Under the pieces are notes generated by a model. That model did no database searches. It had not been told where the DNA came from and was given only the letters and a program-made list of their open reading frames with translations. A stretch of DNA of 61,281 nucleotides, filler included, from a candidate division TA06 bacterium SM23_40 (GTDB lineage: Bacteria; LJUI01; SM1-40), in the NCBI GenBank assembly GCA_001303705.1. It is 5 parts of 5 records of this genome, joined end to end, with 100 filler letters (N's around TTAATTAATTAA, not from the genome) between each part and the next. Parts side by side here need not be neighbours in the genome. Positions count along the whole stretch, not along the records: positions 34,474 to 50,209 come from LJUI01000052.1; 4 more parts are not named here. One strand, given 5' to 3'. The translations under genes and the position numbers were made by a program. Below, piece by piece: positions 39,683-48,978 of this stretch; position 1 is the stretch's first letter, and each line of letters opens with the position of its first letter.

Positions 39683-40498
39683 TCACCTCTCAGCTTGAGC
39701 TCGTACTACGATCTTTGCGTACTCTCGTGTATACTCCGGCCGATCAACATCCACTAGAACACCTGTGATCACCTTGTCCTCCAGTTCTGTTTCTGTCATC
39801 TGCGCTGCCCGCTCTATTCTCACGGAGTGCTCTCGCTGCCACTGGAGCATGTCGATCGATGTTCCCAGACGATTTCTCCTGCCGAACGCAGTGGGACAAC
39901 AGGCGAGCACTTCGACGACGGCAAAACCGGGTTTCCGTATCGCCGCCTCGATCAATCTGTCGAGCTGCACCGCATAATAGGTCGTACCTCTGGCAACAAA
40001 GGAGGCTCCCGCGGCGATGGCGAGCCCGCTGATGTCGAAAGGCGGCTCGATATTTCCGTATGGTGTTGTGCTGGCCATCGCCTTCATCGGAGTAGTCGGC
40101 GACGCCTGCCCACCTGTCATGCCATATATGAAGTTGTTGTAGATTACCGCAGTCATGTCTATGTTTCGGCGCGCGGCATGTATGAAGTGGTTCCCGCCGA
40201 TGGCGGTTGCATCGCCATCTCCCGAGACGACGATGACAGTCATCTCTGGTTTTCCAAGTTTCACGCCCGTCGCAAACGCCAGCGCCCGCCCGTGCGTCGT
40301 ATGAAGCGTGTTGAAATCGACATAGCCAGGAGTCCGCCCCGAACACCCGATGCCGGAGACCATCGCCACCTCATCGTTCGATAGACCGATCCGATCGATG
40401 GCCCGGAGCATTGCCTTGAGGACTATGCCATTGCCGCACCCATCACACCAGATATGAGGGAACTTATCTCTCCGTAGGTATTTCTCGTAATCGACCAT
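39683..40498 (-). CDS. korB: 2-oxoacid:ferredoxin oxidoreductase beta subunit
   Basis: WCDGCG, SGIGCS, HTTHGRA, GDGD and YGMTGGQ motifs. Confidence 0.94.
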   Translation of the reverse strand: MVDYEKYLRRDKFPHIWCDGCGNGIVLKAMLRAIDRIGLSNDEVAMVSGIGCSGRTPGYVDFNTLHTTHGRALAFATGVKLGKPEMTVIVVSGDGDATAIGGNHFIHAARRNIDMTAVIYNNFIYGMTGGQASPTTPMKAMASTTPYGNIEPPFDISGLAIAAGASFVARGTTYYAVQLDRLIEAAIRKPGFAVVEVLACCPTAFGRRNRLGTSIDMLQWQREHSVRIERAAQMTETELEDKVITGVLVDVDRPEYTREYAKIVVRAQAER

Positions 40499-41650
40499 CT
40501 ACAACACCTCGCTGATCTGATCGAGTATCTCATGCGGCCTGAACGGTTCACCGTCTACCCGGGTCATGCTGATGATCTCGACCTTCTCACACGCAGCGCG
40601 TTCCACCTCTCGCACCATCTGACCCAGATTCATCTCCGCCACGATGATCGCATCCACCCGCTCAGCGAATGCCCGCACTTCCTTATCGGGAAAGGGCCAG
40701 AGCACCCTCGGGCGCAACAGCCCCACAGGCATCCCACCCTTTCTTGCCATCAAGACTGCTTGTCGCGCTGAACGCGCGGTCGAGCCATATGCAAAGACGG
40801 CCACCCTTGCGCCGGCCATCTCCAGTTCTTCGATTTCAATAATCTCGGCCCGATAGCGCTCGATCTTCCGATTGATTCTGCGCAGCACCCGATCTATCTC
40901 CACTCTGTCCATCGTAGGAAAACCGGTCTCGTCGCGACAGAGACCTGTCACATGATACCTGTACCCCGAGCCAAAATCAGCCATCGGAGGGATGTCAGAC
41001 TCAGTATGTGGATAGGGAATGAACTCGTCGGGAGGTACGTTTGGCCGTGGCCGTTCGAGGATTTCTAAAGCCTTGGAGTCGGGGAGCAGTACCTTCTCAC
41101 TCACATGACCTACGATCTCGTCGAGGAGAAGCACTACCGGTACGCGCAGCCGTTCAGACAGATTGACGGACCGCACTGTCAGATCGAAGGTCTCGCGGAC
41201 ACTCGAGGGGACAATGACCACGATCGGGTGATCGCCGTGGGTACCCCACCGAGCCTGCATCACGTCTCCCTGCGACGGCATCGTCGGCAGCCCAGTGCTC
41301 GGACCACCGCGCTGCACGTTGACCACAACACATGGTATCTCCGTCATCGATGCGTACCCCAGGTTCTCCTGCTTCAGAGAGAAACCGGGGCCACTGGTGG
41401 CAGTCATAGCCTTCCGTCCGACGAGTGAGGCTCCGATGACGGCTCCCATCGCGGCGATCTCGTCTTCCATCTGAATGAAGGCTCCGCCGAGCCGCGGCAG
41501 CCGTTCCGCCATCAGCTCCATTATCTCCGAAGACGGAGTAATCGGATATCCGGCAAAGAACCTCACTCCCGCGGCAAGCGCGCCCTCCACGCAGGCCTCA
41601 TTGCCCTGCATCATCCTCGGAGCGCCGGTTGTTTTTTCTCGATCGGTCAT
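40499..41650 (-). CDS. korA: 2-oxoacid:ferredoxin oxidoreductase alpha subunit
   Basis: GYPITP, QMEDE, TATSGPG, QRGGPSTG and EMNLGQ motifs. Confidence 0.94.
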   Translation of the reverse strand: MTDREKTTGAPRMMQGNEACVEGALAAGVRFFAGYPITPSSEIMELMAERLPRLGGAFIQMEDEIAAMGAVIGASLVGRKAMTATSGPGFSLKQENLGYASMTEIPCVVVNVQRGGPSTGLPTMPSQGDVMQARWGTHGDHPIVVIVPSSVRETFDLTVRSVNLSERLRVPVVLLLDEIVGHVSEKVLLPDSKALEILERPRPNVPPDEFIPYPHTESDIPPMADFGSGYRYHVTGLCRDETGFPTMDRVEIDRVLRRINRKIERYRAEIIEIEELEMAGARVAVFAYGSTARSARQAVLMARKGGMPVGLLRPRVLWPFPDKEVRAFAERVDAIIVAEMNLGQMVREVERAACEKVEIISMTRVDGEPFRPHEILDQISEVL

Positions 41651-41676
41651 ATCGGTTCGCCGAGACGCGAGACGCC

Positions 41677-41952
41677 TCACTTTCCCTCCCTGACGATGAT
41701 AGCGAAGTCAGGACATAAGAAATCACACAATTGACACTGTGTGCAACATTCGGCAGCAACGACCTCAGGATACTGGCCGGCCATTTGCAACACGTCCTGC
41801 GGACAGAACTCGACACAGATACCACAACCCTTGCAGCGAACCCGATCTATGGTGATTATCGCCGGCCCCTTCCTCGCCTTGTCGATCCTCGAACCCGTCC
41901 GGTTCCCGCCCCGCTTCGCCCGCGCCGCCGGCTTCGCCGTCCCCTTCGTCAT
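41677..41952 (-). CDS. korD: 2-oxoacid:ferredoxin oxidoreductase delta (ferredoxin) subunit
   Basis: CKGCGICVEFCP and CTQCQLCDFLCPDFAI. Confidence 0.92.
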   Translation of the reverse strand: MTKGTAKPAARAKRGGNRTGSRIDKARKGPAIITIDRVRCKGCGICVEFCPQDVLQMAGQYPEVVAAECCTQCQLCDFLCPDFAIIVREGK

Positions 41953-42086
41953 CTCATCCCTCTGTCAATTGACTGAAAAGAGTGGCACCCTGCGGCAAGG
42001 CACGTGCCACCCTCACCGGTCCTCGTACTCGACTTTTGCCGAAAACGCTGCCTTAGTCAGTGCCTGCGTAACTCATCGGCACGACA

Positions 42087-42115
42087 ATCCTACGTGGTCA
42101 TCACACAGTTGTCAA
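42087..42115 (-). promoter_or_regulatory. Sigma70-type promoter for the kor operon
   Basis: TTGACA-17 nt-TAGGAT. Confidence 0.68.
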
Positions 42116-42141
42116 CAACCAATCCCCCATCTCCCGTTCAA

Positions 42142-42534
42142 TCACGGCCGCGCAGGCCACCTCCCGGGAGCGAGGGCGGCTACGACGAACACAATCCCGA
42201 TCACCACCAGCACCACGCCCCAGAGTCTGACGAGGATGTCCGGCGCCTTGAGCCACAGGTCGATCAGGCGTTCTTCCACCGAAGGCGCCATAAGATCGAC
42301 AATCCCGGTGAGCGTGAGCAGGAACCCGATAACCATCACAAAGGGCCCGAGGGTGGTGTAGTGAGAGGCAACGATGAGAAATAGACCTACGATCAGCAAG
42401 ACGACGCCGCGGGCCTGGATACGACTTCTCGTTCTCTGCCAGCTACACAGCCTCAGCTGCGCCCCTGGCCTGGCGATCCCGAGGACCCCGAAGAGAAGGC
42501 TGACGACAGCCGCCACCCACAACGAATGATGCAT
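42142..42534 (-). CDS. Small 4-TM membrane protein of unknown function
   Basis: AAAGGAG RBS; four hydrophobic helices. Confidence 0.7.
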   Translation of the reverse strand: MHHSLWVAAVVSLLFGVLGIARPGAQLRLCSWQRTRSRIQARGVVLLIVGLFLIVASHYTTLGPFVMVIGFLLTLTGIVDLMAPSVEERLIDLWLKAPDILVRLWGVVLVVIGIVFVVAALAPGRWPARP

Positions 42535-42625
42535 TCATTGCTCCTTTCTGGGAAGACGTTCTGACTCGTCGATTCTGAAAGGCCGCCCCGCTGCCTCGAT
42601 TGCGAGCTGGGTGAGTGCAGGCGAC

Positions 42626-44221
42626 TCACGATCGGCCCTTCCGCTCAAATTGCCGCTGAAATAGATTGTGCACCCTCTCGATGGTGTCTGCCTGGTGTGG
42701 ACTCTTGTCATAACGTATCGCCTTGATGCGGGCGAACCGAAGGGCAAAGCCTGAGGCGTATCGCGGGCTCCGCTGGATCTCATTATAGGCGACTTCTACC
42801 ACGATCGTCGGGCGCACGAAGACCGTCCCACGCTTTTCTCTCACCTTGAGCTCCAACAGGCGCTTGGTCATCTCCCGAAACTCATCGTCTGTCAGTCCCT
42901 TGAATGTCTTGCCGATCATACAGAACTCGTCGCTACCCTCCGATCGGGCCGCAAGGTGATAGTTCGACAGCCATCCTGTCCGCCGACCGTACCCCCAGTC
43001 GGCTGCGATGATGACGAGATCCAAATGCTCGGCGGGCTTGATCTTAAGCCATTTCTTGCCCCGTGCGCCAGGGGTATACGGACTGTCCAGGGCCTTGGCC
43101 ATCAGACCCTCATGACCGGCATCCATCGCAGCCTGCAGAAAGGCTTCCCCTTCTCCTTTGTCGCCGGTCACGAGTCGGTCAGCAAGGAGGTTCTCGCTCA
43201 TGAGCTGTGCAAGCTGATCCCACCTTTCAGCGTATGGTCGGTCGATGAACGGTTCCCCATCAAGGAAGAGAAGATCGAAGAGATAGAGCCGGACGGGCAC
43301 CTCATTCACCATCGATTCGATGTCATGGACGCGACGGAAGCGTCTCATAAGTTCCTGGAACGGCAGCGGCCTGCCGTCGACGCTCTGGGCCACCACCTCT
43401 CCCTCCAGAACCGCCTCACGCCCAGCAACATCCTTCGCGATCGCCGCAACGACGTCAGGCAGGCTTTCCGTCACATCGCTCAGTCTCCGGCTGAATATCC
43501 GCGTGCCGCCCGCATGCACATGGATCTGAACCCGCGCACCGTCGAACTTGTATTCGAGAGCTGTAGCACCGCCATGTTCCTCCGTGGCCGTGCCCACATT
43601 TTCGGCTATCTGCGCCAGCATCGGTTGAATCGGATGCCCCACGGAGAGACCGATCCCCTCCAGAGCCGAGCGCCCCTCAATCACGCCGATGCGGGCCAAT
43701 TCCCCAACATCCCCGACAAACATCATCGCGCGTTTGGCGAGCGCCAGCTTCACATCTGCCGCACGGGCAATCGCCGCCACCATAACCCCCTCCCCAACTC
43801 CGTGCTGCATCTCCCCGAAGATGATGTGCCTCAGCCATCGCGCCTCTGCTTCCGTCGCACGGGCGAACAGCCCGCGGAGCAGCTCCTCGCGCTCTCTCTG
43901 CGATCCCTTGCCTCGACAGGAGGCAATAGCTGAGAACCTCTCCGAGACGTCGGATATAAAGAGCGGAGGCACTCCCTGCCCTGCCTCCCTCGTCCCGGAG
44001 GCCTCGATCCTCGAAAGAGTCTGCCAATTCACGTCGAGCGTATCGTCATCAAGGCCGGCAAGGGGTCTGCCGATGATAAAACGTGCTGCAGGTCCCAGTT
44101 CGGAGGGTGTGAGTCCGCGCAGGAACTGGCTTACTAACGTTATCTTTTCATTGCGCTTAGTCGTCCCGGTCAGCTTCTCGCATAGATCGACGAACGACGA
44201 GAACGGCGTAGCCTCAGACAT
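42626..44221 (-). CDS. lig: ATP-dependent DNA ligase (DBD-adenylation-OB, LigB/archaeal type)
   Basis: EYKFDGAR (motif I), LEGE, LFDLL, EGLMAK, WLKIK and LRFARI..RYDK motifs. Confidence 0.95.
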   Translation of the reverse strand: MSEATPFSSFVDLCEKLTGTTKRNEKITLVSQFLRGLTPSELGPAARFIIGRPLAGLDDDTLDVNWQTLSRIEASGTREAGQGVPPLFISDVSERFSAIASCRGKGSQREREELLRGLFARATEAEARWLRHIIFGEMQHGVGEGVMVAAIARAADVKLALAKRAMMFVGDVGELARIGVIEGRSALEGIGLSVGHPIQPMLAQIAENVGTATEEHGGATALEYKFDGARVQIHVHAGGTRIFSRRLSDVTESLPDVVAAIAKDVAGREAVLEGEVVAQSVDGRPLPFQELMRRFRRVHDIESMVNEVPVRLYLFDLLFLDGEPFIDRPYAERWDQLAQLMSENLLADRLVTGDKGEGEAFLQAAMDAGHEGLMAKALDSPYTPGARGKKWLKIKPAEHLDLVIIAADWGYGRRTGWLSNYHLAARSEGSDEFCMIGKTFKGLTDDEFREMTKRLLELKVREKRGTVFVRPTIVVEVAYNEIQRSPRYASGFALRFARIKAIRYDKSPHQADTIERVHNLFQRQFERKGRS

Positions 44222-44364
44222 CGAGCATCCAAGTGTGAGAAAGCCAGAGCAAGCGATAACGACGATACCGTTCAACGCACCGTCGCACTGGGGGCCACCT
44301 CCCCCTGCCGGGTCCGGGCCTCTGCCGGCCGGAGGATATGGCGCGATCCAACCGTTGTATCTCC

Positions 44365-44394
44365 ATTATAATCGCCTGCCGGAGAGGCGGTCAA
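44365..44394 (-). promoter_or_regulatory. Sigma70-type promoter for the ligase
   Basis: TTGACC-18 nt-TATAAT. Confidence 0.7.
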
Positions 44395-44533
44395 GCGACT
44401 TCGGCGGGACGGCGTCGCCTCTTCTCCACATCGGGGCGGCGAGCTCAAGAGGAAGGGGATCTGGAAATGGGTGGGTTCGAAGGGCAGGCTCCAGGGGCAG
44501 GTCGGCCCGATCGATCAGGGAAGGGGCCGATCC

Positions 44534-44938
44534 TCAGAACTGTCGCTCATAGCTCTGAGTCGTCTGTTCTGTTCTCTCCCTTGGCTGCCAATACGAGGTA
44601 GCGTCGCGGTCCCAGCGCCTTGCCAGGTAGTCCCTGCCGATGAGTCTCAGTAACAGCGCAACGGGGGTGAAGACAAGATAGAAGACGAGACACAACACGA
44701 TCGTTGTCGTCAGCCAGCCGATCGCTCTAGCGCCTGCCATCCACAAGGGGTACAGGCGGGCCAGTGCCAGCGGCAGAAAGATCCCCAGGAGCAGCAGGAG
44801 ACCGGAAATCCCGAACAGGTAGGGAGAGTACCCCCAGCCCCGCAACGTCAGAATCGTGCCGAGCAGAGCGAACCCGACCCCAAGCCCGATCCCGAACCTG
44901 CGAAGCTCTCCAGTGCTGGCTGTCCCGCGCTGATTCAC
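44534..44938 (-). CDS. SxtJ-family membrane protein
   Basis: LRRFG, WM..IG...IVL..FY.VFTP, SYW and YERQF motifs; follows the carbamoyltransferase. Confidence 0.88.
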   Translation of the reverse strand: MNQRGTASTGELRRFGIGLGVGFALLGTILTLRGWGYSPYLFGISGLLLLLGIFLPLALARLYPLWMAGARAIGWLTTTIVLCLVFYLVFTPVALLLRLIGRDYLARRWDRDATSYWQPRERTEQTTQSYERQF

Positions 44939-44956
44939 TAGAGAGACCTCCCTCTT

Positions 44957-46774
44957 TCAATCCGGTTGGAACTGGCGGCGCCAGTCAGCGTCTTCCTCCA
45001 GTGGAGGCTGCTCTTTCTTATCGAGAAGATAGTTGCCCATGATCAGATAATCCATGTTCGTCCTCATGAAGCACAGGTAGGCATCGTGAGGCGTGCAGAC
45101 GATGGGCTCTCCTCTCACGTTGAATGAGGTGTTGATCACTACTGGACAGCCGCATCGTGTGCGGAACGTCTCGATGAGCCGGTGATAGAGTGGATTGTCG
45201 TTCTTGTCCACCGTCTGTATCCTTGCGGAATAGTCCACATGCGTTACCGCCGGTATCTGCGAACGCACGACCTTCAGCCTCTCGACGCCGAAAAGCTTCT
45301 CTTCTTCCCGTGTCATATCCCGGCACCTGTCACTGCGAACGCGGCTCACCAAGAGCATATATGGGCTTTCCCGGTCAAGCTCGAAGTACTCCGATACGTG
45401 CTCCCGCAGCACCGATGGAGCGAACGGCCGGAAGCTCTCCCGGAACTTGATCCGACGATTCATCGTCTCCTGCATCTCGGGCGACCGTGCGTCGCCGAGG
45501 ATGCTCCTATTGCCGAGAGCCCGGGGGCCGAATTCCATGCGACCCTGGAACCAGCCAACTACCTTTTCGCTGGCGATGAGCTCTGCAGTCCGCGCCACTA
45601 CTTCCTCGTCGGAAAGCAACGAATACGGTATGTTCCGACTCTCAAGGAACTCCGCTATCTCGCCATTTCTGAACTCGGGTCCCAGGTACGAGCCTTTCTG
45701 AAAGTCCCGCACGCCATCGACTGCTCGTTCGTTGCCCAGATACTGATACCAGACGAAGAGGGCTGCACCCAGGGCGCCGCCCGCATCACCTGCCGCAGGC
45801 TGGATCCAGATATGCTCGAACGGGGCTTCACGAAGAATGCGCCCGTTGCCGACACAATTGAGCGCGACGCCTCCTGCGAGACAGAGGTTCCTCTCACCTG
45901 TCTCGGCGTGCACGTGGCGGCTCATCCGGAGCATTATCTCCTCGGTCACCTCCTGGATGGACCGCGCGGCGTCCATGTGTCGCTGCGTTATCTGTGTCTC
46001 CGGCAACCTCCGGGGTCCCCCGAACAGCCGTTCGAACTTCGCACTCGTCATCGTGAGGCCGGTGCAATAATTGAAGTACTTCATATTGAGGCGGAACGAC
46101 CCGTCCTCCTTGAGGTCGACGAGCTCGGAGAGAATCAGGTCTGTGTACTTCGGCTCCCCATAGGGGGCGAGACCCATTACCTTGTACTCGCCTGAGTTGA
46201 CACGGAATCCGAGATAGTACGTGAACGCGGAGTAGAGCATACCGAGCGAATGGGGGAATTTCATCTCGGCGACCATTTCTATCCGGTTGTCTTTTGCGAC
46301 TCCGTAGCTCGAGGTGGTCCACTCGCCCACGGCATCGATCGTGAGGAAGGCTGCGGACCTGAAGGGAGAAGGGTAAAAGGCCGAGGCTGCGTGGGATTGG
46401 TGATGCTCCGGGAAGATGATGACTCCATCAAAACCCACCCGATCCTTGATGAATTCCTTCATCCAGAGTTTTTGCTTGAGCCACAGCGGCATCGCCTTGA
46501 GGAAGGAGACTATTCCCTGGGGAGCGTATGAGAGGTAGGTTTCGAGAATTCTCTCGAACTTGATGAGAGGCTTCTCGTAGAAGGTTACGTAATCGAGGTC
46601 CTTACCTGAGATGCCCGCCTCAGCGAGGCAGTAGCGGATGGCGTGCTCGGGGAATCCGTAGTCGTGCTTCTTTCGGGTGAAACGTTCTTCCTGAGCCGCC
46701 GCGATGATTTCGCCATCCTTGACGAGACAGGCGGCGCTATCGTGATAGAATGCGGATATCCCCAGGATGTACAT
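44957..46774 (-). CDS. Carbamoyltransferase (NodU/CmcH family)
   Basis: GISAFYHDSAA, QEERF, EHHQSHAAS, GEYKVMGLAPYG, EFGPRALGNRS and NTSFNVRGEP motifs. Confidence 0.96.
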   Translation of the reverse strand: MYILGISAFYHDSAACLVKDGEIIAAAQEERFTRKKHDYGFPEHAIRYCLAEAGISGKDLDYVTFYEKPLIKFERILETYLSYAPQGIVSFLKAMPLWLKQKLWMKEFIKDRVGFDGVIIFPEHHQSHAASAFYPSPFRSAAFLTIDAVGEWTTSSYGVAKDNRIEMVAEMKFPHSLGMLYSAFTYYLGFRVNSGEYKVMGLAPYGEPKYTDLILSELVDLKEDGSFRLNMKYFNYCTGLTMTSAKFERLFGGPRRLPETQITQRHMDAARSIQEVTEEIMLRMSRHVHAETGERNLCLAGGVALNCVGNGRILREAPFEHIWIQPAAGDAGGALGAALFVWYQYLGNERAVDGVRDFQKGSYLGPEFRNGEIAEFLESRNIPYSLLSDEEVVARTAELIASEKVVGWFQGRMEFGPRALGNRSILGDARSPEMQETMNRRIKFRESFRPFAPSVLREHVSEYFELDRESPYMLLVSRVRSDRCRDMTREEEKLFGVERLKVVRSQIPAVTHVDYSARIQTVDKNDNPLYHRLIETFRTRCGCPVVINTSFNVRGEPIVCTPHDAYLCFMRTNMDYLIMGNYLLDKKEQPPLEEDADWRRQFQPD

Positions 46775-47009
46775 GGTGTCAGTTCCGCCCGATTCCGGTT
46801 CGCCCGGTCAGATCCGACAGCACCGGGCAGTGCTGACGTCTCCCTCCTCCTCCCCGCCGTCCACAATCTCAAAGATATTGCTCGAACCGGACTTATGCAA
46901 CCTCTGGCGAGTGATATTTCGCCCCACCCGGGAAGCCCATGTACGTTATTCGCAGAGGCGCCTCGCCCGCACCATCAGACCCACAGAGGCCTTCACAGAT
47001 GCCGATGAG

Positions 47010-48440
47010 CTAGAAGCGAAGCGGGGGCAGTCGCCAGATGCCGTTGTCCTCTATTCCGGCCGTCCCCTCGACGTTGTTCCAGGTCACGCTGGCGAACGCC
47101 TTTGTTTGTGCCGCGTTGATATCGAGGAAGAGTACGTTAGCCTCAGTATAGCCGTGAGGCGAAACCGACATCCCCTGATCCCAATTCTTGGTCCAGTTGT
47201 CTCCGCCATTCCGGCTGGCGTAGACCTTGCTGCGATCCGACAACGGATCACCTGCATCGCTCGCACTTATCCCCACGAGGAGTATCGAGGGATTGACGGG
47301 GGCCACCGCCACGGCACACGAATTCGTCGCCTCATCGTTGTACTCATCGGTCACGACGGGCAACCCGTTGCTCTTCCGGGTCCAAGTCCCGCCGCCCCAC
47401 TTATACACACCCTTCGATTTCGATTTCAGAAACGCGTCGTTGAGCGTGATGAGCATACCGAGCCCAGTGTGCGAGGCGTATACCGCCGGCGGACCGGTCT
47501 CTGCTGCACTGAGGAGCATAATGGAGCCGCAGACCCGGGTCACCCCGCCGCTCCCCTGGGCCTGGCTGATCGAGGGAAGGCCCACGCTCCGCTCGATCCA
47601 ATTACCCTCTGCCCGATTCGGCGAATAGAAGATGCGCCCCTTACAGTGGGCCGTAAGGCCGAATAGAAGCTCTGCGTTCGCCTCGATGTCGAGGACGCCG
47701 ATGACGACGACGTTAGGCATCTGAGGGAGGACCAGGATATCACTCACCGAGACGGTGTGGCTCGTGAGATCGAACAGCTCGAATGGATCGTACCGGGGCG
47801 GTAGCCCATTGTTGCGTTCGCTCCAACTCTCTCCCCCATCAGTGCTCTTGAAGAAGCCGGGATGGTCTCCTGCTCCGGCCTCGATATCGATCTGGTTCAC
47901 GTTGCTGACAGCTACGTAGACGATGTTCGGATCCGACGGGTCGATGGCGATTGCGTTCGCCCCCCATTGCGGCTCCGGAAAAGAGAGCCCCTTGTACAGA
48001 ATGCCATCGTTTTTGGCCGTCCAGCTCTCTCCGCCGTCCGTTGTCTTGAAGACACCATGGACGTTACTGGCGGCATAGACGATGTTCTGATCAGAGGGAT
48101 CGATCGCGATATCGAGCACATTCATATCCGGAGTCAGATTCCCGTCGTTCATCTGCGTCCAGGTCTCGCCACCGTCTGTACTCTTGAAGATCCCGCTCGC
48201 CGGCTCGGGCGGTCCGAGTGGATCTGGCAAGTGAGATGTGGCAGCCCACACCGTATTGGGATCGAGTGGATCGGCCACCACAGTCCCGAACGAAGTTGGC
48301 AATGTGAAGGGATCATTGAGAAGGGTTGTCGGACCCCACACATACTGCGCGTGCACAACCGTCGGCACGATCGCCACGCAGCCGGTTACCATCGTCACAA
48401 GGACGATCTCTCGGATCGAATCGATTCGATTCATGCTCAT
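47010..48440 (-). CDS. Secreted BNR/Asp-box beta-propeller protein
   Basis: Signal peptide; repeated KSTDGGETW/KTTDGGESW and AIDPSD motifs. Confidence 0.88.
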   Translation of the reverse strand: MSMNRIDSIREIVLVTMVTGCVAIVPTVVHAQYVWGPTTLLNDPFTLPTSFGTVVADPLDPNTVWAATSHLPDPLGPPEPASGIFKSTDGGETWTQMNDGNLTPDMNVLDIAIDPSDQNIVYAASNVHGVFKTTDGGESWTAKNDGILYKGLSFPEPQWGANAIAIDPSDPNIVYVAVSNVNQIDIEAGAGDHPGFFKSTDGGESWSERNNGLPPRYDPFELFDLTSHTVSVSDILVLPQMPNVVVIGVLDIEANAELLFGLTAHCKGRIFYSPNRAEGNWIERSVGLPSISQAQGSGGVTRVCGSIMLLSAAETGPPAVYASHTGLGMLITLNDAFLKSKSKGVYKWGGGTWTRKSNGLPVVTDEYNDEATNSCAVAVAPVNPSILLVGISASDAGDPLSDRSKVYASRNGGDNWTKNWDQGMSVSPHGYTEANVLFLDINAAQTKAFASVTWNNVEGTAGIEDNGIWRLPPLRF

Positions 48441-48795
48441 CTCCCCCTTAGCGATATCTTCTCCCGCGAGCCCGCCACCGGAGGGCGCGAGCTTTCCCCC
48501 ACACTGATATGAATCCTACCATACAATAGCCCCTCTCGTCAAGAACGTAACACCATGGCAATTGAGCGTAGCGGTGTCCCTCCGATCCTCAATGGAACAC
48601 ATACGGCCTGTTCCTTACCACAGAAGAGAGTTTTCTCTGTGACCAGACTGCTGACGTGACCGACACATATACCCTGCAGACCCACAACGTCACTCACAAC
48701 TGGGGCTGAGCCACGGCCCCCAACAACACTCAGCTTAGATACCACGCCAATATCTCTTACATCCGGTCCCGAGCTGTGGACCCGGTCCAGGTACC

Positions 48796-48922
48796 ACCTT
48801 CCGAACCCACCAGCATCGCTGTGCGACAACATCCGCCTATGATAACCTTCTGAATCTACCAACGTCCCCGTCGTAACCTTCTGAACCTACCAACGTCCCT
48901 GTCGATACCAATGTCTCTGTCG
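48796..48922 (-). repeat. Two tandem type-A sites, a degenerate copy and a terminal partial duplication
   Basis: TAACCTTCTGAAYCTACCAACGTCCC at 48843 and 48874; degenerate ACCTTCCGAACCCACCAGCATC at ~48796; TACCAAYGTCYCTGTCGA x2. Confidence 0.88.
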
Positions 48923-48957
48923 AAAAAGAGCCGCCACAGGCGGCGCTGTGGCGGCTC
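48923..48957 (-). terminator. Intrinsic terminator after the C1 peptidase
   Basis: 12-bp stem GAGCCGCCACAG/CTGTGGCGGCTC followed by T5 on the minus strand. Confidence 0.88.
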
Positions 48958-48978
48958 CAGTTGTTGGAGGCGGGTCTA

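Noticed and set aside
44534-46774. Saxitoxin biosynthesis cluster
   Set aside because: SxtI/SxtJ-like pairs are widespread, and no sxtA or other pathway genes are present.
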